DNA of 63,032 bases, filler included, from Choristocarpus tenellus KU-1152 (GCA_964200185.2; 10 parts of 10 records of this genome joined end to end with filler, not necessarily neighbours in it), one strand, 5' to 3'. Positions 11,401-23,710 are shown, counted from the whole stretch's first letter. Notes: a model not told the origin generated them from the letters alone. Numbers and translations are program-made.

Positions 11401-13279
11401 TTCTTCCTTCACTCCTCAGGTATCTAGCCATGAAGATGATGCATCAGATGATGTCCAAGAAGCGTTACAGTTGCAGGAAGTCATAACAAAGGTGGAAGCT
11501 CGTGGAAGGATGAGGGAGAAGAGAGATGCAGGGGCTACTGAAGGCAGCCACCAGTACGTGCAGCAATACCAGCGACCTGGTCAAGAGCAGATGCATGCTC
11601 CAATCCCAAAGGTTGGAGGGGATACCAGGGCGAGTGCCTCCACCATCAAAAATAGAGACTCTATCAAACAAAAGAGCTATGGGAAAACCGATAGTTCTCG
11701 AATGGGTGAAGGAGGTGGAGCTGTGGTGGGTTCAAGAGGGGAGTCCAAGGCACGAGAAGGAGAGGAGGCAAGCGGTGATATCCTTAAGGTGGATGCCTTG
11801 ACGAGCATGAACAACAACGATAATCAAACATTTGCCACAACGACAGGTGAGAAGGAAGTTGGTCACGGTTAGAGCCTGAATTGGCATAAAATATTATATT
11901 GTGTACTGTATAACGAGTAGTATTTCAAGTAGAATGAAAATGGAGTTACACATTTCGCCTTTTCCACAATATTAGCTATGTTCCTGTACCCGTCACTGTC
12001 CTGTTACCGATCCAGTACTTGTGTTAAAACTAATTTTCTTATGTACATGCATGAAAACATATGCACATTCACATCTCTCAACCAAGCTAACCATTGAGGA
12101 GATGCTAGACTGTGCTCTTAACACATCAGCCAGAAATGATAAAATGCTGAGGGGAGCATGAAATTGAACTTTCTGTCTTCTGAACAGTCAGTGTGACTGC
12201 TGTCCAAGCTGTCACTGCACCATCACTCCCTTTCCTTTCCGCCACGTACCTACCCACCCACTCAACCCCCTTCCTTCCCCTCTTCACACAACATATAGAA
12301 CCTGCCTTCATTGGAACACAAAAAAGCTTACTTGGAGACACATGTCCTACAAGTCCCAAGTTCGAATTAGTTCATCAACAGCTTGGGGAGGAAGGAGAAA
12401 TAGTCACACCAAACACAGAAGGAAAAGCTAAGGGTGTAGTTGGAGATGTCCTGCTCTTGGAGAACTCTGAAATCAATGTAAGAGGGGCTGTTGGTTCTGG
12501 CCCGGAGGCAACTGGGATAGTGGGAAATATAAGTAGGGTCACAACGCAAGGAGAACATATACCTCCTCATACAGGTGCATCTTCTCCTGTTGTGGAAGCA
12601 ATGCAAAGGGAGGACATCAACTTTGAGGATGAAGAGCAGATCCAAGTAGTATTGGAGAGGTTTGGGCTTAGGCCTGGAGATGATTCTCTAGTGGTGTTGT
12701 CGCAGGTGAGTCATCACACGCAAAATGTGAAAAATGAAAGTTTCTATCTTTGGTTTCCTTAATTTGAAATTCATTTGGTTAGTAAACACTCCACCCCACT
12801 AAGACTTGAATACCTCTCCGTAGACTATAAGCAAGGTGGACACATCGTCTTTAATAGATGACTCTGTGTTTGATCAACCTTCGACACAGATCTTGGAAGT
12901 CATTTTGAGCACAAAGTCAACAATATGCTATAACCAAATCTGTTTTCTAGATGTGTTGCCAGTGAAACAGCTGCCAGCAAATATGGTGATCTGCCCAGTA
13001 ATGTAGGCAATGTTGTATTGAATTTAGTTGCACAGCAAAAGAAAAGTTCATCATTGTCAGGTCGATCAGGAAAAATATGACCAAGGATGAGCTGGCACTG
13101 CAAACAATAACAAATTGGATACAAAGATCTAGTCAGCTGTTGGTTTGCTGTCCGTCCTACCATTGACATGATCACCAGAAGCTAACACCATTTTTCAGTT
13201 TCTTTGACCGCTCAGAGGGATCCCTGGGATGCAAAATATACAATTTTCTGGCAATATCAACTTGATGATACTCCAGAAA
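5478..13279 (+). CDS. Uncharacterised acidic/low-complexity protein with a coiled-coil segment, partial: exons about 5478-5666, 6136-6375, 6830-7372, 9873-10028, 11420-11846, 12299-12705, 13216-13279
   Basis: Seven open exons with AG/GT boundaries and mutually consistent phases; 9873-10028 (LQEELQECANRQERCQQQVFRLTSENAALRR) is coiled-coil-like; no recognisable family. Confidence 0.7.
6457..6714 (+). mobile_element. MITE family A, complete (intronic)
   Basis: Both TIRs present; flanks GGTT/AGTT (4-bp TSD with 1 mismatch). Confidence 0.93.
8110..8642 (-). mobile_element. MITE family A (A2 variant), outer host element
   Basis: GAGCCAAAGCACTTAAGAGGGTAG...ATCCTCTTACATGATTTGGTTC; 4-bp TSD GCTA; split by the 8253-8511 copy. 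Confidence 0.9.
8253..8511 (-). mobile_element. MITE family A nested inside another family A copy
   Basis: Complete TIRs; ACT on both flanks. Confidence 0.93.
10883..11140 (-). mobile_element. MITE family A (A2 variant), central hairpin deleted
   Basis: GACTCAAAGCGTTAAAGAGGGTAG...CTACCCTCTTAAATGCTTTGACTC; no clear TSD. Confidence 0.9.
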
Positions 13280-13315
13280 GTATGAATGTGACACTCATCA
13301 GACTTTGTCACAGTA

Positions 13316-13374
13316 GGCTCAAAGTATATGGGGGGGGGTGGTGGCTGTCCATTTGGGGTCAATTTTTCCATGTC
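13316..13374. mobile_element. MITE family B short-spacer end at contig end
   Basis: GGCTCAAAGTATAT-G9-TGGTGGCTGTCCATTTGGGG. Confidence 0.85.
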
Positions 13375-14901
13375 NNNNNNNNNNNNNNNNNNNNNNNNNN
13401 NNNNNNNNNNNNNNNNNNTTAATTAATTAANNNNNNNNNNNNNNNNNNNNNNNNNNNNNNNNNNNNNNNNNNNNTGGTGGAACTGTATCGTATCAAGGAA
13501 CAAACAGATGAGTAGCCTATGTTTTAACATGTGCAACTGATTGAATATGCCATCGAGAAATAATACGCTTCACCCTCACATGCGTTCGTCATAAGCATTC
13601 CGGTCTGTGCAGTCAAACTATGTTGGCGAGCCCCTCAGAGGGCTTCAAAGAGGAACACATGCTCCAACCTTGACATATATTGTGAGGTTATTTTGGCACG
13701 GATTCCTGTAAGTTGCTGATTGTTAGGATGACTTAGCTGACAGACTGCAATGTTTCCCCCAGAATGTAGTCACAAGTCCACCAGATTCAAGGTACGAGGT
13801 AGAGCAATGAGCTCTGGGATGGCTGATGAAGGCGCTCTTGTAGTAGTGCAAATAGTGAACTACAGCTCATAAATAATGAAATGAAATGGCGTGTGCAATG
13901 CTCTTGACCATGGGTCAGATCTAGGTACTGTCATGCTAGTGGTTACTAACTAGTTTCAGATAAAGGAGAAAAAAATATTGCATAGCAGCAATATTGGAAT
14001 TTAAACAAAGGAAAAATCATTGTCGCACTAGGTCCAAGTCTGACCATTCAACACATATCAAAACAAATGAAAGAGTAGCTCCTAATCAATACATAGGGTT
14101 TGAGGGAAAAGGATAACAAAGCAAATTCACCAGGCAGTGGTAAGTGTGGATATTCTCTAATCTACATAAGCATGACCTACGTCAGCCACCACAGCTTCTC
14201 TAGCATGCTGCTCTGCCGTGAAGCACTTTGCTTCTATCAACCACACATTCATACTAACTACCACCTGTGTTAGCTTGTTGCTCTTGTATCCCGTTTCTCA
14301 ATCATGATCCCAAATTTATCAAGGTCATTTTGTAGGCACTCCAAGCTCAGGGTTGACAGTCAGTGTTTCCTTCCGTATTTTGCGGGTTTGAACTTTGCGC
14401 GAAAAAAGGTTAATGCGCATAGACACGCAACTTGCGACCCATTCAGCAAACCAACCGGTCAGGGGATACTCACGAGCAATGAAATACGATGCCCAATATG
14501 TTGCATGATGGGGCAAGATAGATGCCATTCCCCATAGGCTAGTGAAATCAACATTCTGGGGAGTTGAACTGTAGTTGCACGGAAAGGAAAGTCCTGTGCT
14601 ATACAAGCAAGCAGTGCCACACTGTGCTGCATAGCGGTCAGGTTTGATGCTACAGAATTGCTTCAAAATATTATGCTTCATACTGATGTACGCACCACCA
14701 ACCTACAATTGTAAATACAGAAATCACAATCAAGAATACAAGTAGTAATTTTGCATCTGGCCGCAGTGATGAAAAGTGATGGAATGGTACCTGGTAGTCC
14801 CAGGATAGAAACTTGTAATCCTGTACACTAAGGGGATTATAACAGGGGACTTTGCCGCCATCACACGAACGGAGCTTCATCACCTCACGCAAGATGTCAA
14901 T

Positions 14902-14997
14902 TTAGTCCAGGAGCACCATTGCCCCTAAAGGAACACCTATATTGAGCAACATCTCCTCAATGTGATAGACGAAGCCTGAAGGGCCGGACACCACAAC
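14902..14997 (-). CDS. Terminal exon of a ferredoxin-NADP reductase (FNR)-family / cytochrome-b5-reductase-like oxidoreductase
   Basis: A CAG acceptor is followed by VVVSGPSGFVYHIEEMLLNIGVPLGAMVLLD*, matching the C-terminal (C/S)GPxGF NAD(P)-binding segment. Confidence 0.65.
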   Translation of the reverse strand, partial: VVVSGPSGFVYHIEEMLLNIGVPLGAMVLLD

Positions 14998-15479
14998 CTG
15001 CGTCATTAATTGCAAACCAGGGGGTGGGAAGAATCAATAGGGGATATCAGATAGCCACAGAGAGCAGCAAGACTAGTAATGGGCACACCTGTGAACTCAG
15101 CAGTTGAGCCAGAACAGTATATGCAGAGGGATATTGGTGGAGTTTATTCAAACCCTGTCCTTGGTCAAGAATTGTGAGTGAGCAGTAATCCTCTAGAGTT
15201 ACCAGCAGAGGGTCTGCTTCAAATCTAAAGATTGTCTAACCTATATCGTGCCCCCCTCACCCGGGATTTGGCGGCCATCTGCTACTCTGGACTACAACCA
15301 TAGAGTCTTATTGCCAACAGTGTGAGTAAGTTCGAATGGAGTGAATGCTGTTTTTCTATTTTCATGGTTGAAAAAAGTTTTCAAGTATATAAAATCAGCT
15401 TGTAAATAATCATCGGCAACCAAGGATGACAGCAAGGAAGGTGACACATTAGATGATACAGAACCTGCTATAAAACATA

Positions 15480-17580
15480 GGCTACCCATTTGTTTTTTCC
15501 TTGATACGATACAGTTCCACCAGTCAATACTGACTGCTGATTGGTCTGTTACGTTCTGGATGTTGGAAGAGGGTTATCGCATCATCACCTCTCATTAGAT
15601 AGATCGCTGTTTGGAGTGTGGCAGGCATATCCATGAACGGTAACAGGATAAATGACGCCATGAAATCAGCCCCCATGCAACTCTTTCGCCACTCGATTTC
15701 TGGTCAGTGCAAGGAACGCCTAGAGGCGATGTGTGGAATGGCGAGGATCGAGCCCAAGAGAGTGATAAAAGATGAACCGACTCAGTGGTCCACATGTTCA
15801 GTAGTGAAGCGTTTCTCATACCTCGAACCGATTTCAAACCCAGTATCATTCTTCAAGAGAACATGTTTATGGTCACCTTCGAAGTATGTCGACATTTGAG
15901 TGGGAGGTAAGCACTTGGTATGGGGAATGCGAAACAGATATAGGAAGTTCTTGTAGGAGGACTGAAGTGTAAAGACACCTCTCACACGTCAAACAAAAAA
16001 GCAACAACTAATGAATGTCTTCTGGATTTTTTTATTGGCACATAGCGAGTGCCACGTTCCTTGTTTCAATTCTAAAGTTCTGTGAATGTTACCCATCTAC
16101 CAATTTGTTTATGCCACTTGTCGTCTCTACTTTGTTAAAGGAGTTGATGTTCCCAAGACTTCTCTATAAATGACTTGATTAATCCGTATTGGGTTGAACA
16201 GGTTGTAGTTGAAGCAATGAAGGTGAAAGGAGGAGTGAGCATCCAAGCCCAAGGTCCAAGGCGGGGGACTCCTTGCCATCAAATCATTCCTATTCCATTG
16301 AACAGTAATCATTAATCACAGATAATTTCCTACAATATTACCTATTCCTGAACTCTTTCATATTCTACGTCTTAAAACCAAACGTATATTTTATTCTTCA
16401 GAACACAATCATGGCCTTTTCATCCTTAGATTGTTTCTTACAGAATCTTCTGCTATATATGAATAAAGAGCATATTCTTGACATACTTCTCTGTTTTATA
16501 CCTCACCCTTTTTCTAATCTATAATGTTTCTTGTATACTCGGGTGATGAGCCTGGAAAAAATAATACTGGACCCTATCATCGGAGTACAGACGACTCTTA
16601 AAGGTATACGTATTTGACAATGTTGAAAGTCATTCCCACTATGCATGATGTACAAGTGGAGGTGGAGAAAACAGAGCAAGTCTGCAGCACCTTCAAAGTC
16701 ACCACCCCTGAACAGGTGGGAGCGAAAAATACTGTATGCCAGTGTGCAGGAGTGAGAATGACTCATTTCGTGAATTGCTTTGGTAGATACAGGCAGGAAC
16801 ATTGCCCAAACCTCAGAGAGAGAGGAGCATTCTGGGCTACTTGTTTAGACCCAAGAACCAAAATCCTTCATGGCATTCCAGGGAGTAATTGTTATGATAG
16901 TTGGAGGCAGGTAGATTTGGAAGTCTACACAATTGCGGAGAAGCATAGAGCACAGGTGACAGAGAATAGTTCTATTGTGGAACCAAGCTGATGTACATGT
17001 GCTAACTGTATTGAGGGGGAGCAGTGTTCCCAGTAAAGACAAAAGGGGTTTCTAAGATCCTTCATCGTAATTCATGGGAAGGGGTCAGGTTTGAGTTGGT
17101 GATATATTTGAGCACACTTATCAGGGAGCACATGGAGGAAGCAGACATGTAGAGGTTGGTGCGTTCAAGCTTACAGGAGGACTCCACATTATTGATTTCG
17201 ATAGGGGAGCATACAACGACCCACCCAAGTGGTCGCAAGAAAGGAGTTCCAAACTTCCTTGCCTGGTCGAATTTTACACCCAGATTATTGCAATTCCTGG
17301 TACACCAACAGCTCCGAAAAAAATCGATTCCAGTGTCTCCCCTCACCAACCAAGGGGCTGTTTGCCTCATGGGGCTGCACGCCGCTCTGCACTCTGTGCG
17401 TTTCGTCCATGATTCAATTATTTTCAACTACATCAAATATTTGAACTGATTCAAATTATACTTAAAACTATGATCGATTCACAAAACTAGCAATTTTCGG
17501 TTGGGGTGTTCTTCATGTTAATGTGTGCCGTCCACATTTCCTGTGAAGCTTGAGGTTTGCCCCCGAACATTCTTGCACTG
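15480..17580 (+). mobile_element. Decayed hAT DNA transposon (transposase relic)
   Basis: LFRHS...KRVIKDEPTQWST (DVxTRWNST-like) at about 15680-15800; ATCLDPRTK at about 16840; DPPKWSQ...LPCLVEFYTQIIAIPGT (hAT C-terminal dimerisation domain) at about 17220-17310; the end ...GCACTG reads as a CAGTG terminus. Confidence 0.75.
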
Positions 17581-18019
17581 GGTGTCCTATTTGATTATAA
17601 TCGAGTCCATAAAATACCTTTCGGCCGATCTGTCCTTACTCTTATATGTGATCAAAAATGTTTCAAATTTGCAACACTGAATAATATGTACGTGAGACAA
17701 AAAATAAAGCAGGGCTTTGCACCATATCAGGATTGAACTTGACTGGCCCTGTCTCGCTTCTGAAGGCTCAGACACCGCCTTATTACAGTTCTTTATGTAT
17801 GGTTTTTCAAGTCTTCTCTCGGAGCTGATAAACCACATTTTAGCAGGGTCAACCATGTCAGAAGCATTTTCACACACCGGATCAGCCCCCCCAGAAAATA
17901 AATTGATTACAATACCCTATAGACCCTGATCCAGCCCTGTGAAAAATTGAAAGGTGCTCATCCGGTCTTGTTAGAAAATATCTTTCTGGGTCAGTCCACT
18001 GTCCTATGCAGTCACATTT

Positions 18020-18043
18020 GACCCAAAGTATCTGGGAGGGGGG
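18020..18043. mobile_element. MITE family B end at contig end
   Basis: GACCCAAAGTATCTGGGAGGGGGG. Confidence 0.85.
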
Positions 18044-18271
18044 NNNNNNNNNNNNNNNNNNNNNNNNNNNNNNNNNNNNNNNNNNNNTTAATTAATTAAN
18101 NNNNNNNNNNNNNNNNNNNNNNNNNNNNNNNNNNNNNNNNNNNGAAGCAAAGGAAGACAGTGGTACAATATTTGATAGTGGTGAAGTAACTGATTAGGAG
18201 TTTCCACACTTCCAAAGTTTTATAGTGTTCTTATGTTTAGGATATTTTTTTCTTTATAGCTAACAACGACA

Positions 18272-18740
18272 TATATATAGTTTTCATTGGTTTCCCCCCT
18301 GACACATCTGCAAAATGTCAGAGGGCATAATAATAATAACTGTTACCTTTATTGTGGAGTTCTTATGATACTGAATAGACTTTTCACTGCTTCTTTCCCT
18401 TGACACATCTAGAAAATGTCAGAGGGCATAATAATGAAAATATACGTCAAATAGTATATAGATGGTGAAAAAATATCTTCCACATTTACAACAATTGTTA
18501 CCTTTACAGGAGTTCTTATCATATTGAATAGACTTTTTACTGCTTTTCCCCCTGATACATCTAGAAAATGTCAGAGGGCATAGTAATGAAAATATACGTC
18601 AAACAGTAAAGAGATGATAGAAAAACATCTTCCACATATACGACAACTGTTACCTTTACAGAAGTTCTTATGACATTGAATAGACTTTTCACCTCTTTTT
18701 TCCAGACACATATGCAAAATGTCGGAAAGCATAATAATAT
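18272..18740 (+). repeat. Tandem array (about 4 units, about 100-155 bp) of a hairpin-containing repeat that is also dispersed
   Basis: CCCTGACACATCT(G/A)(C/G)AAAATGTCAGAGGGCATA recurs at about 18297, 18398, 18550 and 18702; homologous copies at about 33910-33961 and 55495-55605. Confidence 0.85.
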
Positions 18741-19454
18741 ATATCTGATATATTGTTGGCTAAAAATCGTATGATAATCTTCAAGAATTTGGCCAGAAAT
18801 GGGCATATTTTTATAGTCCTTCAAACGTTTAACTTTTTTTCTGCTATTATAGGGGAGCTGTTGTAGTCCTGAAAAAAGTGGGGATGAATCGGTAGGTTTG
18901 AGGTTTTGTGCTGCAGGTGTAACTGAGGACGAAAATTAATACCATGAAGGAGATAAAAGTCGCTTAGGCATACATCATCAGTTCATGAATTGCGTAACTC
19001 TCTCATAATTACCGTTTATTTGATTGGTGTTCGTATACGTAACAAGTCACGGAGAGGGTTGGAGAATGAGTAATTACATAACCACTTCTTATTCTGTGTA
19101 TGGGTCAATACTACTGTAATGTAGTTCTGTCTGTCATCATGGTAGATGAGGGTTTGAACCCACACCAGAGAATGGACTTGACTACCCAAGCGAAGGTGAT
19201 GATGACAAAGAAGAGTATGATGTAGAAGGCGACATAGGGGACAACTGTTGTCGGAACTCAATGGCGAAGTGAAATTCATTTGCCCCTTTCACTGTTTGGA
19301 GTTTTGAAATTCGTCCATGGATAATGAAGGTCGGTAGGCTTTTCAAAGTGAGGGGTAAGTCCAGTCTTAGGAGTTAAGGATTGTTTATAATACTACTAGT
19401 GTGAGAGCCATCTTCCACAGAAGGTATACCCTGAAGGTGACCTANNNNNNNNNN

Positions 19455-20905
19455 GTTTGTTCTTGCATGTTGAAGGTAGCATCTGCTTGAAGTAAGATTG
19501 GGTGGTTTGGAGTGACCTTACCAACACCCCCCTCTTTCAGTTACCACCTGAACATTCTTTTCCTGAGTGATCTTCTGAGGGATTGCTCTCCCTTTTTGAT
19601 TTGTCTCTCTTTGATCTTGCCTCCTGTGGGTCTTCCCGCTCCCCTTCAATATGAAGAACCTGTCAGCTTGTTGTTTCACAGTGGCGACGGCGGTAATCGT
19701 TTTGAAGTGAGAGTACTTTTACAGTACTTTTGGGGGGAACACAGAGTATATTGCCTGTACTTTGAGCACCACATATGCCAAATCAGCCTGATTGGCGTAC
19801 AGTTCGATCAAGGAGACGACAGAGTACGTTCATGACAACCACAAACCGTTTCCAGAGCTTCATGGCGGAGGAATTCAAAGAAAATGAACCAGATGATGAA
19901 CATCTACTACCGCCATTTCATGACCAGGACCCCTTTATAATTTGATGAGATCATCTTAGAGGGCGGAAGGGAACTTTTAGTCCATAAATCCTCTGGGATT
20001 TTTGTTGACACAGAGTTCCGAGTGGTGGATCAGCGGGTGGTCCAACAGCTGATGTCGGCAGATAATCACCCCATGAGTCAATCTCCCTTACCGCCAACCC
20101 CGCCCGTTTCTCAGTCTGCATATGTACTCCACACAAGGTCTCTCACAACACCGCCAGTACTACCATCTACTCCGTCGGTGACGTCGTCTACTGGAGACCT
20201 GTGCATAAATCTGATTAATGACGAGTTAAAGGCTGCAGTGGAGGAGAAACGCCCGCCAAACATGGACCTCATCCGGAACTTGACAGAAACGAGGGACATG
20301 ACTGATGTAAAACAAACCCCTCCAATTGCCCCCATTACTGCTTTGCCGAAAATGTCATTATTAGCGAATTTTCCTAATGATATGCGTCTTCCTTCGACTA
20401 CAACTGATGTATCAACTCTTCTGACAAGTTTCCGTATTCCTGTCACACTTCAACTTCATTAATCGCAACGTGACCACTCAACAATTGATAGGGCGTGCAT
20501 GGCCTATTTGCCTTTGATTTTAGATACAAATGCCAGTATGCTATATTTGTAGAGTATGGAAGGCAAAGTTGAATGGCGCTCACCTGCTCAATTACGTGTC
20601 ATTCCAATGCAGAATAACTACACTGATCCTGTTCCCATTATGGCCCCTAAGACATGTGACCAATTATGTACGGTTTTTATCAACACATTCGGTCACGCGA
20701 ATGCGATGGGAGACTGGGGCAGACAGTGGGCTAATAATTCTCAAAAACCCGATGAAACCCTTGAAGCATATGCCCTTCGTTTTGGACACCTTCTTGGTAG
20801 ATTTACTACAGCTGTTGACCGTTCATCTACAGATTCTAGCGACCATGAATATATTGATCAAATCGCGATTGCCCTCTTTGAAGGTGGACTACAACCCCAC
20901 CTTCA
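19455..20905 (+). mobile_element. Ty3/Gypsy LTR retrotransposon 5' part (LTR end, PBS, gag)
   Basis: ...TTTCACA then G and TGGCGACGGCGG (PBS-like, 19682-19693); ORF 20556 has QKPDETLEAYALRF...LFEGGLQPHLQ (retrotransposon gag domain); cut by a family B MITE at 20906. Confidence 0.75.
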
Positions 20906-20946
20906 GGGTCAAAGTATCTTGGGGGGGGGATGTCGGCGTCCGTTTT
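20906..20946. mobile_element. MITE family B-like end at contig end
   Basis: GGGTCAAAGTATCTT-G9...GTCCGTTTT. Confidence 0.75.
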
Positions 20947-21046
20947 NNNNNNNNNNNNNNNNNNNNNNNNNNNNNNNNNNNNNNNNNNNNTTAATTAATT
21001 AANNNNNNNNNNNNNNNNNNNNNNNNNNNNNNNNNNNNNNNNNNNN

Positions 21047-21083
<37 letters not shown>
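21047..21083 (+). repeat. (AC)n microsatellite at contig start
   Basis: Directly visible. Confidence 0.95.
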
Positions 21084-21084
<1 letters not shown>

Positions 21085-21477
21085 CCAATGCCTATTTTAG
21101 AATTGAGAGGATCGATTTGGGGAGGTTAGTTTGCCCTCTTATTAATGGTTTACTGTGAAACATATCATTATGTTGATACATAGTATAGGCATTTTTTTGT
21201 AAGTTGTACTATGTACAGGTGTACCCCTCAATCTCGACACGACACACACACAGTCCAACCCCGACCCTAACCCTTGTACAAACACGCCTCCTCATACATA
21301 CCGTCTCTTTATTATCTCGCCCCCATATCCATCCCCGTAATCTGTATATATATATATATATATTATGGCCTTCTGCCCATTCCTCCACATACCCAACAAT
21401 GCAGATGTCACTAAAATGTTACTGCACGATTGTATTGTCACTATTTCATTTTATTTTCTCCTTCCGTGTCCGTGTAG

Positions 21478-21664
21478 GACCTGACCGAGAAGCTCTGTGA
21501 TGTGCTGGTGGGAGTAATGGTTGTCGCTGGTGTGGAGGGACCCAAGTCCCTCCTCGAGAGCGCCTCCCAGGCCATGGAAACCCTGGCCCTTAAGGACCGC
21601 AGTTTTGAGGGGACGGTGGTTCCGCTGCTGCAGGCACTCATGCCAGTTATTCTGATGACTGGGG
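21478..21664 (+). CDS. Single internal exon of an unknown helical (HEAT/ARM-like) protein; donor uncertain
   Basis: A polypyrimidine tract and TAG acceptor precede the GC-rich open frame DLTEKLCDVLVGVMVVAGVEGPKSLLESASQAMETLALKDRSFEGTVVPLLQ in an otherwise AT-rich contig. Confidence 0.55.
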
Positions 21665-21744
21665 GTAAGCCTGGTGTTCCACCTAGGTGAGACAATGGTT
21701 TAGGGGGTAAGCCTGGTGTTCTACCTAGGTGAGACAATGTTTTA
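21661..21744 (+). repeat. 42-bp tandem duplication
   Basis: GGGGGTAAGCCTGGTGTTC(C/T)ACCTAGGTGAGACAATG(G/T)TTTA x2. Confidence 0.9.
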
Positions 21745-21959
21745 GGGGGAGGCGTGTCTTCTAGGGATAGACACTCAAATGACGAGCTTTTTTTTTTTGC
21801 ATTCATGACTCTTCTTGTGTTATGTTATGTTATGTTATGTTATGTTGTGTTGTGTTGTCCCGTGTGTGTTGCGCATCTCTTTGTTGTGTGCTACGTTGTG
21901 TTTTTTTTGTTCAGTAGTTGAAGAATGCACTGTCTTTATTGTGTTTCTTTTTCTTTTGT

Positions 21960-21967
21960 TTGTTACA

Positions 21968-21998
<31 letters not shown>

Positions 21999-22175
21999 GT
22001 TATTATTATATTATTATTAAATTTATTGTTATTGTTTGCATTATTATTTTTATTTTTTATCATTGTTTATATTATTTTTTATTGTTTATCATTATTTGCA
22101 TTATTATTATTGTTTATATTATTATTATTTTTTATTATGTTTACATTATTATTATTTTATTGTTTATTATTTTTC
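21960..22175. repeat. (TA)n/(TTA)n low-complexity tract
   Basis: Directly visible. Confidence 0.9.
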
Positions 22176-22647
22176 TCACGTAGTGGTATTTCAATCCTGT
22201 TCTTACAACTTGCGGGAGTGAAAATTTTATTTATTCTACTTCAATGAATGAAGACATCAGTCTTATTTTTTCTACCTCAAATCGATAAAAGCGTTTATTT
22301 TTATTTTTCCTCCTTTAAACAAATGAAAACATATATTTTTATTTTTCCTGTTTTAAATGAATGAGAATATATATATATATTTTCCCGCTTTAAAGGAACG
22401 AAAGTATTTATTTTTATTTTCCAACTTTCAGCAAATGAATGAAAACATATATTTTTATTTTTCCTACTCTAGGTGAATGAAAACACGTTGGTGTGTGTGT
22501 GTACTGAACGTTTCTGCAGATGAGAAGCGATTTTTTTTTTTTCTGTTCAGGGCTTATGGTTAGGGTTAAGATTAGGGTTAAGAGTAGATCAGACCTGTCT
22601 TTTGCCCTCAACGTAAAAAAGAAGGAGAATGCAGTTGTCCTCCCAAG

Positions 22648-22763
22648 CATTCCTGTCCTCAGTATGTTCAGCATTTCTGTCCTCAGTATGTTCACATTTC
22701 TGTCCTCAGTATGTTCACATTTCTGTCCTCAGTATGTTCACATTTCTGTCTTGAGTATGTTCA
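22648..22763 (+). repeat. 23-bp minisatellite x5
   Basis: CATTTCTGTCCTCAGTATGTTCA units with no spacers. Confidence 0.95.
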
Positions 22764-23321
22764 GTGTACTTCGACGGTTATCAGTATGTTATCCTGTCAA
22801 TTCACCCTTCACAGCCTACATTACCTGCCTCACGCGGTGTGGGGTTTTTGTAACACCTCCTAGGCGCACGTGCGTACACACACACACACACTTTCAGATG
22901 CACGAGCAGCGGGCTTTTTCCGCGTGCACGGCATATCGTCGCGCAGAAAAGGAAAAACAAAAAAAAATAACACAGCAATGCAACCCAAAGTAATATTAAT
23001 AATAATAACAATAAGAAAGAGGGGTTTCAACACCTTGACAGTAAACACCTGGCGAGGCGTTCAGTATCGTCGTGGGGGGGGGGTCTCCGTACCCGACAGC
23101 AACCTTCATATACACATCCTTTGCATATATATGTATACATATGTATGTATGTATGTATGTGTATATATATATTGTAGCCACCTTATTCTTTCTTACTCAG
23201 ATATTCAGACAGAAAGGAAAAGAATAGAAAGGAAAAGATAAGAAAAGAAAGTGTGTCTGTCCGTCCGAGAGCTTTTTTGTTGTTATTATTGTTATTTTTG
23301 TAGTGTTCGGCCTGGCGTATG

Positions 23322-23710
23322 TATTAACTATTTGTTAACTATTTATTGACCATTTATGAACTATTTGTTAACTATTTATGAACTATTTATTAACCATTTA
23401 TGAACTATTTATGAACTATTTATTAATCATTTATTGACCATTTATGAACTATTTATTAACCATTTATGAACTATTTATGAACTATTTATTAACCATTTAT
23501 TGACCATCTATTAACCTTTTATTGAGCATTTATGAACTATTTATTAACCATTTATTGACCATTTATGAACTATTTGTTAACTATTTATTAACTATTTATT
23601 AACCATTTATTGACCATTTATGAACTATTTATTGACCATTTATTAACCATTTATTAACTATTTATTAACCATTTATTAACCATTTATTGACCATTTATTA
23701 ACTATTTATT
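23322..23710 (+). repeat. 11-bp minisatellite, about 35 variant units
   Basis: ATTAACTATTT / ATGAACTATTT / ATTGACCATTT / ATTAACCATTT variants in tandem. Confidence 0.95.

Noticed and set aside
13821-13860. CTGATGA motifs as hammerhead ribozyme cores (also about 21652, 25030, 59900)
   Set aside because: No properly spaced GAAA with flanking stems could be found by eye.
21815-22247. Hydrophobic Ile/Tyr/Leu-rich ORFs
   Set aside because: Artefacts of (TTA)n/(TA)n low-complexity DNA.
22648-22763. 23-bp repeats as a CRISPR array
   Set aside because: The units are contiguous with no unique spacers, there are no cas genes, and the context is eukaryotic.
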